Below are positions 47,376 to 57,000 of a DNA stretch of 64,000 nt, piece by piece. The DNA is from Acidobacteriota bacterium (GTDB lineage: Bacteria > Acidobacteriota > Terriglobia > Terriglobales > SCQP01). Both the position numbers and the translations under genes were made by a program. A model generated the notes under the pieces. That model saw only the letters and a program-made list of their open reading frames with translations. It had not been told where the DNA came from and ran no database searches. Within the stretch, counting starts at the first letter, position 1. Every line of letters begins with the position of its first letter. The stretch spans positions 5,400 through 69,399 of the forward strand of contig JAKASR010000019.1 in the NCBI GenBank assembly GCA_021818955.1, in the 5' to 3' direction.

Positions 47376-48241
47376 TGAAAGAAATCGTTCCACCTACAGA
47401 CGAGCAGATACAAAAAGAACTGGCCGAAATGAAAGCCGCGCAGGCTGCTTCGGCTGGCGCTACGGGCGGTGAAGCCGCATCCGAAGCAGCAGCAGACGCA
47501 GCGCCCGAAGCCGCGCCTGAACCAGCGAAGCCGAAATTCAGCAAGACCATTAGTGTTGACGGCCAGGAGCGTACATTCAGCGGCGAGACGCTAGAAGAAG
47601 TCCTAGACCAAATTTCCGAAGCTCACGCCGCCCTGGTAAAAAAGGCTCAGCAATTAAAGCTACAGGCTAAATTCGCTGGCGAATCGGCAAAACAAAAGCC
47701 AACACCGCAGATTGCCGACCCCAAAGACCTGAGCGCCGACGAGATGTTTGAAGTAGCCGCCGATTTGACCCAAAACCCGGCTAAAGCCTTTGACCGGCTG
47801 TTCCAGGCGCGGGTAGGCATGACGCCCGCCCAGTTTCGCGAATACCAGCGCCAACAGGCCGCAACGGCAGAGGAACAGCGCCAGCAGGCCGCCGTCGCTC
47901 AGTTTAGGCAAGCCCACCCGGAGTATGCCGCCACCCCCAATAACGGCAACCGGATGTCCCGGCTACTTGAACTCAAAGGTCTGCCAGTTAATTTTCAGAC
48001 TTTAGAAACCGTATATGAGGAGCTATTCCGGGACGGTCTCCTTGAATCGGCTCCCACGACGACCGCGCCTGCATCTGCCAGTAGCGTTCCTGCCCAGGAG
48101 CAGCGCAAACCTACCCGCACGGGGTTAAAGGCTACGAATAGCGCGAGTGGCCCCACCCGGACGGTGCCGACCGAAGCTGACCTGCGCACGATGCCGCTTA
48201 AGGATTTAGAGCGGCTAATTCGCAGCGGGCAAGCTCGGTAA
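47375..48241 (+). CDS. Capsid scaffolding protein
   Basis: Ala/Glu/Gln-rich helical protein before the capsid gene; AAGGAG RBS before GTG 47375; C-terminal MPLKDLERL. Confidence 0.7.
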   Translation: MKEIVPPTDEQIQKELAEMKAAQAASAGATGGEAASEAAADAAPEAAPEPAKPKFSKTISVDGQERTFSGETLEEVLDQISEAHAALVKKAQQLKLQAKFAGESAKQKPTPQIADPKDLSADEMFEVAADLTQNPAKAFDRLFQARVGMTPAQFREYQRQQAATAEEQRQQAAVAQFRQAHPEYAATPNNGNRMSRLLELKGLPVNFQTLETVYEELFRDGLLESAPTTTAPASASSVPAQEQRKPTRTGLKATNSASGPTRTVPTEADLRTMPLKDLERLIRSGQAR

Positions 48242-48263
48242 TTTTTGCGCTGACTGAGGTTCT

Positions 48264-49268
48264 ATGGCTTTCCCATTTCCCGCCAGTACCGTAACCGGTT
48301 CCGGCATTCCATCGTCCCTAGCGATCTATTATGATCGCAAGAGTATTGCCAATCTTTTGGCGAATACTCCGTATCATCTGGCTTTAACCAAAAAGCCCAT
48401 CCCCGCCAATTCAGGCAAAACCATCCAGTTGCAGGAATGGTCGCTGAGCGTTTTCGGCGCTGACACGACCGCCGCCACTGAGGGCACGCCGCCAACGGCA
48501 CTAACCCCGACCGCTACCAGCCTGCAGGCCACGCTCGCTACTTACAGCGACGCGATTACGCTCAGCAAGCTGATCAGCGACACCACAATTATGCCCATCG
48601 TGACCGAGCTGTCGGAACTCATGGGCTATAAAGCAGCGCTCAGCGTGAACGCTCTTTCGCTGGCCGCGCTGGAAAGCGCCGTCGCTGCGGATGCCACGCT
48701 GAACTTTGTTCAGCCAGCCGGGTCTTACATGACGTCATCTCTGTTGCGCCAGCGTGTGGCTGATCTGATCAACCGCAACGCTGTCGGATACCCAGAGCTT
48801 GACGGGCAGTTTTACGGCTTCACGTCGCCTCTGGTGCTCCAGGATCTGTTCAGCGACACCGCCAACAACGGTGTGGTTGACGTCTTGAAACGCAACCCCG
48901 AGGGCCAGCGTCAGCTGCTCGATGCTACGCCAACCAACGCCAACTACCGTCAAGCTGGTAGCTGGGCGGGCGTAACTATGATCAGCACGACCACGGCACC
49001 CACGTACGCCAACACACCTACTACGGGTGACACCGCCTACGGTTTCCACATCTGCGCCCAAGATTGCGCATTTGCGGTTACGCTTGGCGGCAATGAAGTC
49101 CCCGAAGACCGCAACTACAAGGCCATCGTCACCAACTTCACGCCGTCGCTAGCCGACCCCGTGGGTGAAGTGGCTTCAGCTGTAGCGTACCGGTTCAATT
49201 GGACCAGCGCAATTCGTCCAATAGAACAAGCGGTGGAACGCATCCAAACCGAGGTCTCCGCAACCTAA
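48264..49268 (+). CDS. Major capsid protein (N4-gp56-like family)
   Basis: YYDRK.IANL, KKPIPANSGKTIQ, YSDAITLS, GSWAGV, DPVGE. Confidence 0.85.
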   Translation: MAFPFPASTVTGSGIPSSLAIYYDRKSIANLLANTPYHLALTKKPIPANSGKTIQLQEWSLSVFGADTTAATEGTPPTALTPTATSLQATLATYSDAITLSKLISDTTIMPIVTELSELMGYKAALSVNALSLAALESAVAADATLNFVQPAGSYMTSSLLRQRVADLINRNAVGYPELDGQFYGFTSPLVLQDLFSDTANNGVVDVLKRNPEGQRQLLDATPTNANYRQAGSWAGVTMISTTTAPTYANTPTTGDTAYGFHICAQDCAFAVTLGGNEVPEDRNYKAIVTNFTPSLADPVGEVASAVAYRFNWTSAIRPIEQAVERIQTEVSAT

Positions 49269-49302
49269 CCCACTCATTTACTACCACATAACTGACGCGA
49301 AA

Positions 49303-49340
49303 AGGCCCCGTATTGGTGACAGTACGGGGCCTAATTTTTT
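49303..49340 (+). terminator. Rho-independent terminator after the capsid gene
   Basis: aggccccgta...tacggggcct followed by a T-tract. Confidence 0.75.
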
Positions 49341-49346
49341 ACATTC

Positions 49347-49367
49347 TGACTTCCCGCCACTATATAG
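49347..49367 (+). promoter_or_regulatory. TGACTT-N10-TATAG box abutting the ATG at 49368
   Basis: tctgacttcccgccactatatagATG, immediately after the terminator. Confidence 0.65.
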
Positions 49368-49865
49368 ATGCTGGTTCAGCCACGTTATCGTAGTTCCTAC
49401 TCTTTTGAGGACGCCAAGACTAAACTCCGCGAGGAGATAAACGACGACCCGCGCGTCAAGGCTGAGCGCTTTCCAGATCAAGATTTTTACGCCGTACACC
49501 CTCGACGCTTAGGCCGACCGTTACACCACTCGGACGTGCTTCGCCTGTTGCGGCGATTACTGCCAGACCTCTACGTCACTGATACACAGGTGGGGACAGT
49601 CGGGCTCTACGTCCCGCACAACCGCGGCAAAGACTTGCGTTTTCTGGGCGGCTGCCCTCTGGGCTGGATGCCTGAGTGGAGCATGATGCTGACCGATGAG
49701 CGGGGCGTAGCGGTTGAGGAACGCCGCGGTTGGCGCACCGTTCTCGCGAAGCTCATCAAACAAGGCGTCGTCGAAGAACGGGATGCTAATCGCGTATTTG
49801 GCCGTCCGATCGATGAAGGCCCCAGCAAAAAATGGCACCTCCAGTGCCGCAAATTTAGGAGCTAA
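49368..49865 (+). CDS. Hypothetical phage protein
   Basis: 165-aa ORF in the morphogenesis block. Confidence 0.7.
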   Translation: MLVQPRYRSSYSFEDAKTKLREEINDDPRVKAERFPDQDFYAVHPRRLGRPLHHSDVLRLLRRLLPDLYVTDTQVGTVGLYVPHNRGKDLRFLGGCPLGWMPEWSMMLTDERGVAVEERRGWRTVLAKLIKQGVVEERDANRVFGRPIDEGPSKKWHLQCRKFRS

Positions 49866-49870
49866 CAAAA

Positions 49871-50341
49871 ATGCCCGATTTCAAGCCGCCGGTCTCCCCG
49901 GCACCCAAAAACGATGCGCCTCTCACGCTAACGCAAGATCAATTCGCAGAGCTTTTACGAGCTGCCCGCGAAGTACCTATCGATCCGCAAAAGCAGAAAG
50001 CCGAGGAAGCGTTGCGGCGTCAAGCACGGGAATCCGCTAAGCGTGCTGCGGAAATCCGCAAGCGTGAACAGGCTAAGTGCAGCCACCGGCGTAAAGACTG
50101 GAACGGTATCGCTAAATACCGCATCGCCTGGCAGCGCCTAGCGACCAGCGAATACATCGGCGTGTGCCTGATCTGTAACCGTACGCTGCGCGAAATGGAG
50201 CTGGGCACAGAAGAATTTAACCGGCTCTACGCAGCTTCCGCCGGCACGGAAAATGTCGCCGAGATGCCGCTGCATCCGGACGCCGTCGCCAACTACCAAG
50301 CCGAATTAGCAAAATGGCGCACAGCCAACACTGGAAAGTAA
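49871..50341 (+). CDS. Hypothetical phage protein (CxH...CxxC)
   Basis: CSHRRK...GVCLIC. Confidence 0.7.
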   Translation: MPDFKPPVSPAPKNDAPLTLTQDQFAELLRAAREVPIDPQKQKAEEALRRQARESAKRAAEIRKREQAKCSHRRKDWNGIAKYRIAWQRLATSEYIGVCLICNRTLREMELGTEEFNRLYAASAGTENVAEMPLHPDAVANYQAELAKWRTANTGK

Positions 50342-50350
50342 GGACAAGTT

Positions 50351-51034
50351 ATGGCCTCCACGATCACACTCCAAAACGTAGTTAATGTCTCGCAGATTTT
50401 CCTGCGAAACCTGCCGTTAGGTTCCCTTAACGGCGTCGTCAATGAACCAGCGCTGACCATCGCCAACATGACGGCTGCCATCATCCTGGCACCTCCGCTT
50501 TCGTGGCCGTGGAACTCGGCGATCAGCACCACCACTACGTTAACGGTGGGCACCCCAACCGTGACGGTAAGCTTGCCATCATTCGGCTGGCTGCAAACCG
50601 CATCGGTCACACTCGGCGGCGTAACAACCCAGCTGACAATAAAAGACGATCTTGGCGAGTCCAGCCAGCAACAGCTACCTACTTTTATTTCCGTGAAGGG
50701 GCAGGATGGGCTGGGCAACGTCACGTTTCGCATGATGGGCGTCCCCGATCAGGCGTACACGCTGAACCTTGATTATCAGCAAGCGCCGCCTTTGTTTACG
50801 ACGCTGTCACAGACCTGGTCGCCGATCCCCGATAGCCTCTCGCATATTTACCAGCTTGGCTTCCGCGCCTTCGCTTATGAGATTGACGCCGATCCACGCT
50901 GGCAGGCAACGATGCAACTTTTCCTGTCGCAACTACTAAACGCTCACGGCGGACTCAGCGAGCAACAGAAGAATCTGTTTCTGCAAAACTACGCCGCATT
51001 TGCACGAGTACCACAAACGCAAACGAGGCGGTAA
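50351..51034 (+). CDS. Head-tail adaptor-like protein, paralogue 1
   Basis: Shares EPALTIA..., PxxWxWN, GWLxxAS, YQQxxP with 51042-51977. Confidence 0.65.
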   Translation: MASTITLQNVVNVSQIFLRNLPLGSLNGVVNEPALTIANMTAAIILAPPLSWPWNSAISTTTTLTVGTPTVTVSLPSFGWLQTASVTLGGVTTQLTIKDDLGESSQQQLPTFISVKGQDGLGNVTFRMMGVPDQAYTLNLDYQQAPPLFTTLSQTWSPIPDSLSHIYQLGFRAFAYEIDADPRWQATMQLFLSQLLNAHGGLSEQQKNLFLQNYAAFARVPQTQTRR

Positions 51035-51041
51035 ATAAGCA

Positions 51042-51977
51042 TTGGCGCAAACCGTCAAAATTAGTGATGTGGTCAAGTGGGCACGAACGGTGCCTAATCT
51101 CGTCCCGCTGCTCGGCGTCTCGGGCTTTGAATTGGAGCCCGCGATGACTATTGCCGCGCAGGTGCAAGCTGAAATTTACGCCGCGCCCTGGAACTGGAAG
51201 TGGAATCGCTCCGTCGCTCCAACTTTCTACGTCAACGCCAATCAGCAAGACTATTGCACGACGCTAACCAGCGTTGGCTGGCTTGAATCTGCGTCCCGCA
51301 CAGACCTGCAAACGGCCGGCCCCAATACGCCAGCGGAGATTTGGCCGGTGGAGGCCGTGCAAGGTTTATACCCAACAACGCTTCGCGGGATGCCGCTTAA
51401 AGTATGCTGGATCCCCAACTCACAGGCACAAGCTGGGAAGTGGAGCGCAGGCGCGAGCTATACCAACCCATCCACGCTAAAGACGGTCAGCAACAATCCG
51501 CTTACTCAGATTTTAGATTCCAACGGGAACATACAGATCATTACGGGCTACGGCACAACTGGCACAACTGAGCCCGTGTGGTCGACCACAATTGGCGCGA
51601 CCACAATCGACGGCACCGTCACCTGGACGATGGTCGATCCCACGGGCATCGCCTGGCGTCTTGATCGTCTCATGGGCGAGCAGGAAAACGGGCAGGCGTT
51701 GAGCGTGACTTATCAGCAGAAAGCTCCGGCGTACGTAAACCTGAGCAGCCTTATCGGCGTGCCTGATGAGGTGGCATACGTTTGGCGTCAAGGCTTTTTC
51801 GCGCTGATGCTGCGCCATGCGGCTGACGGGCGCTACGTATCGGAATACGAGATTTTCGAGGCCTATATACAGAAAGCGATGGGCGCTGCTGATCGCGAGC
51901 CGCAATCAATGCAGCTTGTGCCCGACTGTGCTCTCGGCGGCTCGGGCTGGAGCAGCTGGGGCTGGGGGGTATGGTAA
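51042..51977 (+). CDS. Head-tail adaptor-like protein, paralogue 2
   Basis: As above, plus a short insert ending TTIDGTVTWT. Confidence 0.65.
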   Translation: MAQTVKISDVVKWARTVPNLVPLLGVSGFELEPAMTIAAQVQAEIYAAPWNWKWNRSVAPTFYVNANQQDYCTTLTSVGWLESASRTDLQTAGPNTPAEIWPVEAVQGLYPTTLRGMPLKVCWIPNSQAQAGKWSAGASYTNPSTLKTVSNNPLTQILDSNGNIQIITGYGTTGTTEPVWSTTIGATTIDGTVTWTMVDPTGIAWRLDRLMGEQENGQALSVTYQQKAPAYVNLSSLIGVPDEVAYVWRQGFFALMLRHAADGRYVSEYEIFEAYIQKAMGAADREPQSMQLVPDCALGGSGWSSWGWGVW

Positions 51978-51980
51978 AAA

Positions 51981-54065
51981 ATGCCGGCTATATCGTTGCT
52001 CGAAGCGGCTGGTATACCAAAAGTTAAGCCTTCACGCTTCGGCTCAATCTATCAAAAACGATTTTTCACGGGCTATGTCAGCAACCGCTCACCATTGGAG
52101 CAAGGCAGCAGCCGTGTAGACGAGCGCTTCTACGGCGGCCGCTCTGATGTGCTGTGGCTCGGATCGCAAAACATCGAGTTGAGCGCATCTGGACTGTTGA
52201 TTCGCAGACCCGGATTTTCAAGTTATACGACTGCGATGCCCATCACTTCGCCCTGGCAATCGTTCTACAGCTTTAAAAATTTGAGCGGCGCTATAACGTT
52301 GTTTGGCGCAACCGCAACTGAACTCTACACCGTTACGCCGACCGCAATCACCAGTCTTTACGCCAAGCCTTCCGGCGCGGGCGTAACGCAGTTTTTGACG
52401 GTCGGCAACTCTTGTTACTTATGTGACGGCAAAACCAACAAAGTCTATAGCGCCGGGGCACTGAACAGCGACGGCATCGCCGCGCCCGCTACTGCGCCAA
52501 CCCTGAGCTTTGCTTCAGCCGGCGCTGTGTGGCAGGCCAACTACGGCTACGCCGCGACTGGCACGCAGATCACCGACCCATACCAGGACATACAGCAAGT
52601 CACGACCGCCGGTGTCAGCGGAAAGTCTCAGCCGCCCTGGTCGCTCGGCTCCGGGCAAACTACAGCGGACAATTCAGTTGTCTGGACAAACGAAGGCAAA
52701 AATTCAAGCGCCGGGGTCTTTGAGCAGACTGGCTGCTATTACGTTTACGCCTATCAAAACAGCACGACGGGCGACTACTCAACCGCTTCGCCGCAGTCCG
52801 CATTCACCGGATCGCAATCGAACCAAAAGATCACTGTAGGTGGCGACTATTCCGCAGACTCGCAGGTAGATAAAGTTGCAATTTTCAGAACGTTGGACGG
52901 CGGCGCAACCTTTATGCTGGCCGCCACGATTGCAAACGTGGTCGGGACTGGTACTTGGTCTTGGGTTGACCAGCTCGCAGACTCCAAGCTAAACCTGCTG
53001 ATCCTTGCGCCCATCAATCATCAAAACGATCCCGCGCCAGCCGCAACCTGCCAAGCGTATTATGCCGGCCGCCGCTGGGTCGGCAGCAGCAACTACGTTT
53101 ATTTCAGCAGCGGTCCCGATCAGGGCACCGTCGCTGGCAACGGCCAAAACTGCTTTCCACCGGCTAACGTCTTCACGTTCCCCACGCAGATCATGGGACT
53201 GATCCCGTTCAGCGGCGGCTTGCTCGTCGTTACGACCGACAGTCTCTACGCCATCGGCGGCAGCGATCTGGCGTCATTCTACGTTTCGCTGTTCATCGAC
53301 GATATTGGCGTCTTGACTCCAAACGCCATCGCAACCGACGCCGGCAGCATCATCCTGTTTACATCTGACCGGCGACTCGTTGCTATCGGCGGCGCTGGCG
53401 TTGACGACATCGGCTTTGCAATCGCTGACCAGCTAGCGCAGATTGACCCGTCAAAGGCTTATATTGCTGTCCATCGAGAGGGCAGTAATGACCGAGCACT
53501 CTACCTGAGCGATGGCGTCTCCACCATCTGGCGCATGAATCCAAATCAAGCGCCGGAGGGTGGCATCGCCTGGTCGGCACCCGCAACGCCAGCCAATGGC
53601 GTTGGCGCACTCGTCAGCTGCGAAACATCAATCGGCACGAGGCAGCTTCTGATGAGCGCCGCGACTGGCACAGCGTTTCCTATTCTCTACAGAGACACAA
53701 CCGTCAACGAGGACAACGGCACAGCCTTCACAGCGACAGCCGTAATTGGCTCGTTAGTCCTAGCCGCGCCTGGCGGCTTGGCCGAGGTAAAGGACGTCAT
53801 CGTCGAAGCGTCGCCATCATCGACGCCGACTGTTGGCGTTCTGCTAAACGAAATTAGCGGCACCTTTCAAACGTTAAACCAATGGACTGCTGACCCGCCC
53901 GAATACGCAACCCCCAGCGCATCAATCAATGCGCGGCGCTACTATTTGCTGGCATCGCAGCAGCCGATTGCGTGCCGACATCTGCAACTTTCGGTTTCTT
54001 TTCCGGCAGCGAATACAGCGGACATTCTTTATTCGTTCGCTTTGAACGCGGGGCAGGCTCTGTGA
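51981..54065 (+). CDS. Tail nozzle / head-closure protein (P22 gp10 or T7 gp12-like)
   Basis: 694-aa beta-rich protein; LIRRPG, YYAGRRW...YFS, position after the adaptors. Confidence 0.7.
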   Translation: MPAISLLEAAGIPKVKPSRFGSIYQKRFFTGYVSNRSPLEQGSSRVDERFYGGRSDVLWLGSQNIELSASGLLIRRPGFSSYTTAMPITSPWQSFYSFKNLSGAITLFGATATELYTVTPTAITSLYAKPSGAGVTQFLTVGNSCYLCDGKTNKVYSAGALNSDGIAAPATAPTLSFASAGAVWQANYGYAATGTQITDPYQDIQQVTTAGVSGKSQPPWSLGSGQTTADNSVVWTNEGKNSSAGVFEQTGCYYVYAYQNSTTGDYSTASPQSAFTGSQSNQKITVGGDYSADSQVDKVAIFRTLDGGATFMLAATIANVVGTGTWSWVDQLADSKLNLLILAPINHQNDPAPAATCQAYYAGRRWVGSSNYVYFSSGPDQGTVAGNGQNCFPPANVFTFPTQIMGLIPFSGGLLVVTTDSLYAIGGSDLASFYVSLFIDDIGVLTPNAIATDAGSIILFTSDRRLVAIGGAGVDDIGFAIADQLAQIDPSKAYIAVHREGSNDRALYLSDGVSTIWRMNPNQAPEGGIAWSAPATPANGVGALVSCETSIGTRQLLMSAATGTAFPILYRDTTVNEDNGTAFTATAVIGSLVLAAPGGLAEVKDVIVEASPSSTPTVGVLLNEISGTFQTLNQWTADPPEYATPSASINARRYYLLASQQPIACRHLQLSVSFPAANTADILYSFALNAGQAL

Positions 54066-57000
54066 TAAATGACGAACAATTAACTGATGGTGTCGAGACT
54101 CCCTGGCTGCCAGAGGAGCAAGCCGAGCCATCGATACCTCAACCTCCGATTTCGGCTGAGAGCACTGCACCTTGGATTACTCCAACACAGAAAATCTCAC
54201 CGCCTGAACCAATTTCTGCGGTGCCTGAGACTTCCTGGCTATCCGAGGAACAAGCCGAGCCCGCAGCATCTCAGCCCCCGATTTCTACTGAGAGCACTGC
54301 TCCCTGGCTTAGTCCCGAGGAGCATACATCTACATCTCAGCCCCCGGTTTCGATGGAAAGCGTCGCGCCTTGGATTGCACCGACACAGAAAGTCTCGCCA
54401 TCTGAACCAATCTCGGCTGAACCTGACGCCCCCTGGCTAGCGCCAGCACCAGCACCAGAGCAACAGGCATCGACATCGGCCCCAGAGCAGGAAAACGCTC
54501 CCTGGCTTGCGGCAGACGAGCCGAGCGATCCAGTACCCGAGAGCCCCGAGCCTGAAAATCCAACGTCGTGGACTGAGCAGAATACGCCGACTGCACCGGA
54601 ACGCCCAGTATCGCCACCCGCGCCCATCCAGCCAAACACCGGATTGCCTGCTGGACGCACGACACAGATCCAATCTTTAGAGCATGAGATTTCGACGTTG
54701 AAACGCAGCGCCTACTCCGGCTCCGGCGTGCCGAGCATTCCGCTTCAGCACCGCTTGACACAGCTCGAAGCACAACTCCAGGCGCTACTGAAACTGAAGA
54801 CCACGCCTGCCGCAGCCGGCAACACCAACAATCAAGCCGTGCAGGCCGCAACCGCAGCACCCGCAGCTTCTGGGACGCCCGGCCAAGTCACGCTGGAGTC
54901 GGTTAGCGGGCAATCGTTCAAGACCCAAACAGGTGCCGTCAAAGAATTAGTTAGCGTCGCATTCCAGCCGAGTACTGCGGGCAGCGGCTATTTTACAGGT
55001 GTTGATGTCTGGGTGACAGGTTACCACGGCAGCACAACGTCCGAACTAGTTGCCAGCGGCCAGACGTCGCCTCTTAGCTTCCTGCTTGACGTGACGGGTG
55101 AGACGGTGGATTTTACCGTTCAGGCGACCGGTACGGGCGGTGACGCCGAGTACGATTTTGCGCCGACCGCAAGCCTCGCGCTAAACGGCGTCACGACCGC
55201 GCCGCCTCAGCCGACCGTCACGCAGTACGTCGTCGCGATCCCGACTGGCTATCAGTTCAGCTTCAATCAAGAAGCCGGATTGCTGGCTGATATCATCTCC
55301 GGCTATAACGTTTATCGCAACTCCAGCGACTCGTTTACCGGCTCGACAAAGATTGCGCACCTGAAGCAAGACCCCACCAACTCGGGCAGCGTGGTATTTC
55401 AAGACCAGCAATCGAGCACGACGCAGCAATATTATTGGGTCACTGCGGTAAACACGTCAGGGCTCGAATCCGCTGCGACAGCCGCACAGACCGGAGCATC
55501 CGGTGTGCCGGGAATTGCACTGCCCCCGAATCCCACCAATCTGACGGTCAGCCAAAGCCAATCGACCATTGATGGCGTGGTGAAGGTCGTGCTGACGATT
55601 GGTTATAACGCACCCAACCCGCTCAGCACCTTTGCCGGCGTACAGGTGGCGATGGAGGGGTATCACGGCTCAACCGTGGTGACGGCGATTGGAGCAATGA
55701 ACCCGTTTACCGGCGCGGCGGCAGCGGCGCAATCGTTCACTGTGCCAGTAGATCGTACCGGCGAGACGGTCACTCTTTATCTGGCACCGGTCAATAGCTA
55801 TGGCGTTTCGCCTGGCTGGGCCAGCGTGCCTTCTGTGGGGCTCACCTTAAATGGCGCATTGAACGCTCCCACGGAGCCCACTAATCTGACTGTGACCTCG
55901 TTGCCGGGAGGCAATCGGCTGGATTGGTCGCTAGGAACCGAAGCCAACCTGGCCGGCTACATCATTGCGCGCTCGGCGACGAATGTCTTTACCGACGCCA
56001 CCGTGATTGGGCATGCCGCTGTGACCCGCGCCTCGGGTACACCACCACCCAGCTACTATGATCCAACGCAAAACACCGCTGATACTTATTACTATTGGGT
56101 GCAAGCAGTTGATACGGCTGGCAACACCAGCACAGCAGCGGAGACTTCTACCGCTTCTGGATCATCTGGCGTAGGCGCAGGACAATCAGTATCGCCCAGC
56201 AACACAAATATAGTTCCTGATTCTGATTTTCTGTTTGGCGCAACCTACTGGACGCTGGGCGCAAATTTCAGCTTTGCTGAAGCCGGACAGGCAGTCGAAA
56301 ACGCTGGCGGCAATCTCATCCAGTTTGGCGGGGTAAGCTCGGGGCTTGGAACATTCCAGGCGTACAGCACGCCCGTCGCGGTTTACCCCAGCTCTAGCTA
56401 TACGCTATCTGCGTACCTCGGCACGTTTAATCTGAGCAGCGGCACGATCACGCTGGCCGTGATGGACCCGACCCGTGTTACCACTTACGGCTCGATCTCG
56501 CAAAGCTACCCCACTTACGGCCGCGTCTACGGCACCGTCACGATTCCCGCCAGCGTCACGACGGCTGTGATTGTCTGCGACGCCGATACCGCCAATTGCC
56601 CCAGCGGCAAGACTTGCGTCTGGGGTGCGATGCAGCTTGAATACGGCTCCCAGGCGACCTCGTATAAGCCCGGTTCTTCACCCAACAATCAAACCTATTG
56701 GGCTCGCGGTGCGCATCCACCCGAATACAATGCCGTCATCACGTCAGGCTCGCAGATCACCGGCTCTACTACTTTAACCGGCACCGTCGAAACCCAGATT
56801 GCCCTACAGGAAATCCACGACCGCGTCTCGCCTAATATTTACGACCACGCCAATTTAAGCGGGGCGAGCGGGATACAGGGCGTGGTTGAAACGGCTCTTG
56901 CTTTGGCCGAAGTCCACGACCGGGCATCCGGAAACCTCTACGATCATACCCACCTCAACGGCAGTTCCGGCGTCAGCGGCATAGTCGAGACGGCCATTAC

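Noticed and set aside
53972-54061. ORF-track start of the giant gene at 53972
   Set aside because: It overlaps the nozzle gene by about 90 nt; GTG 54062 overlapping the upstream TGA is the more plausible start
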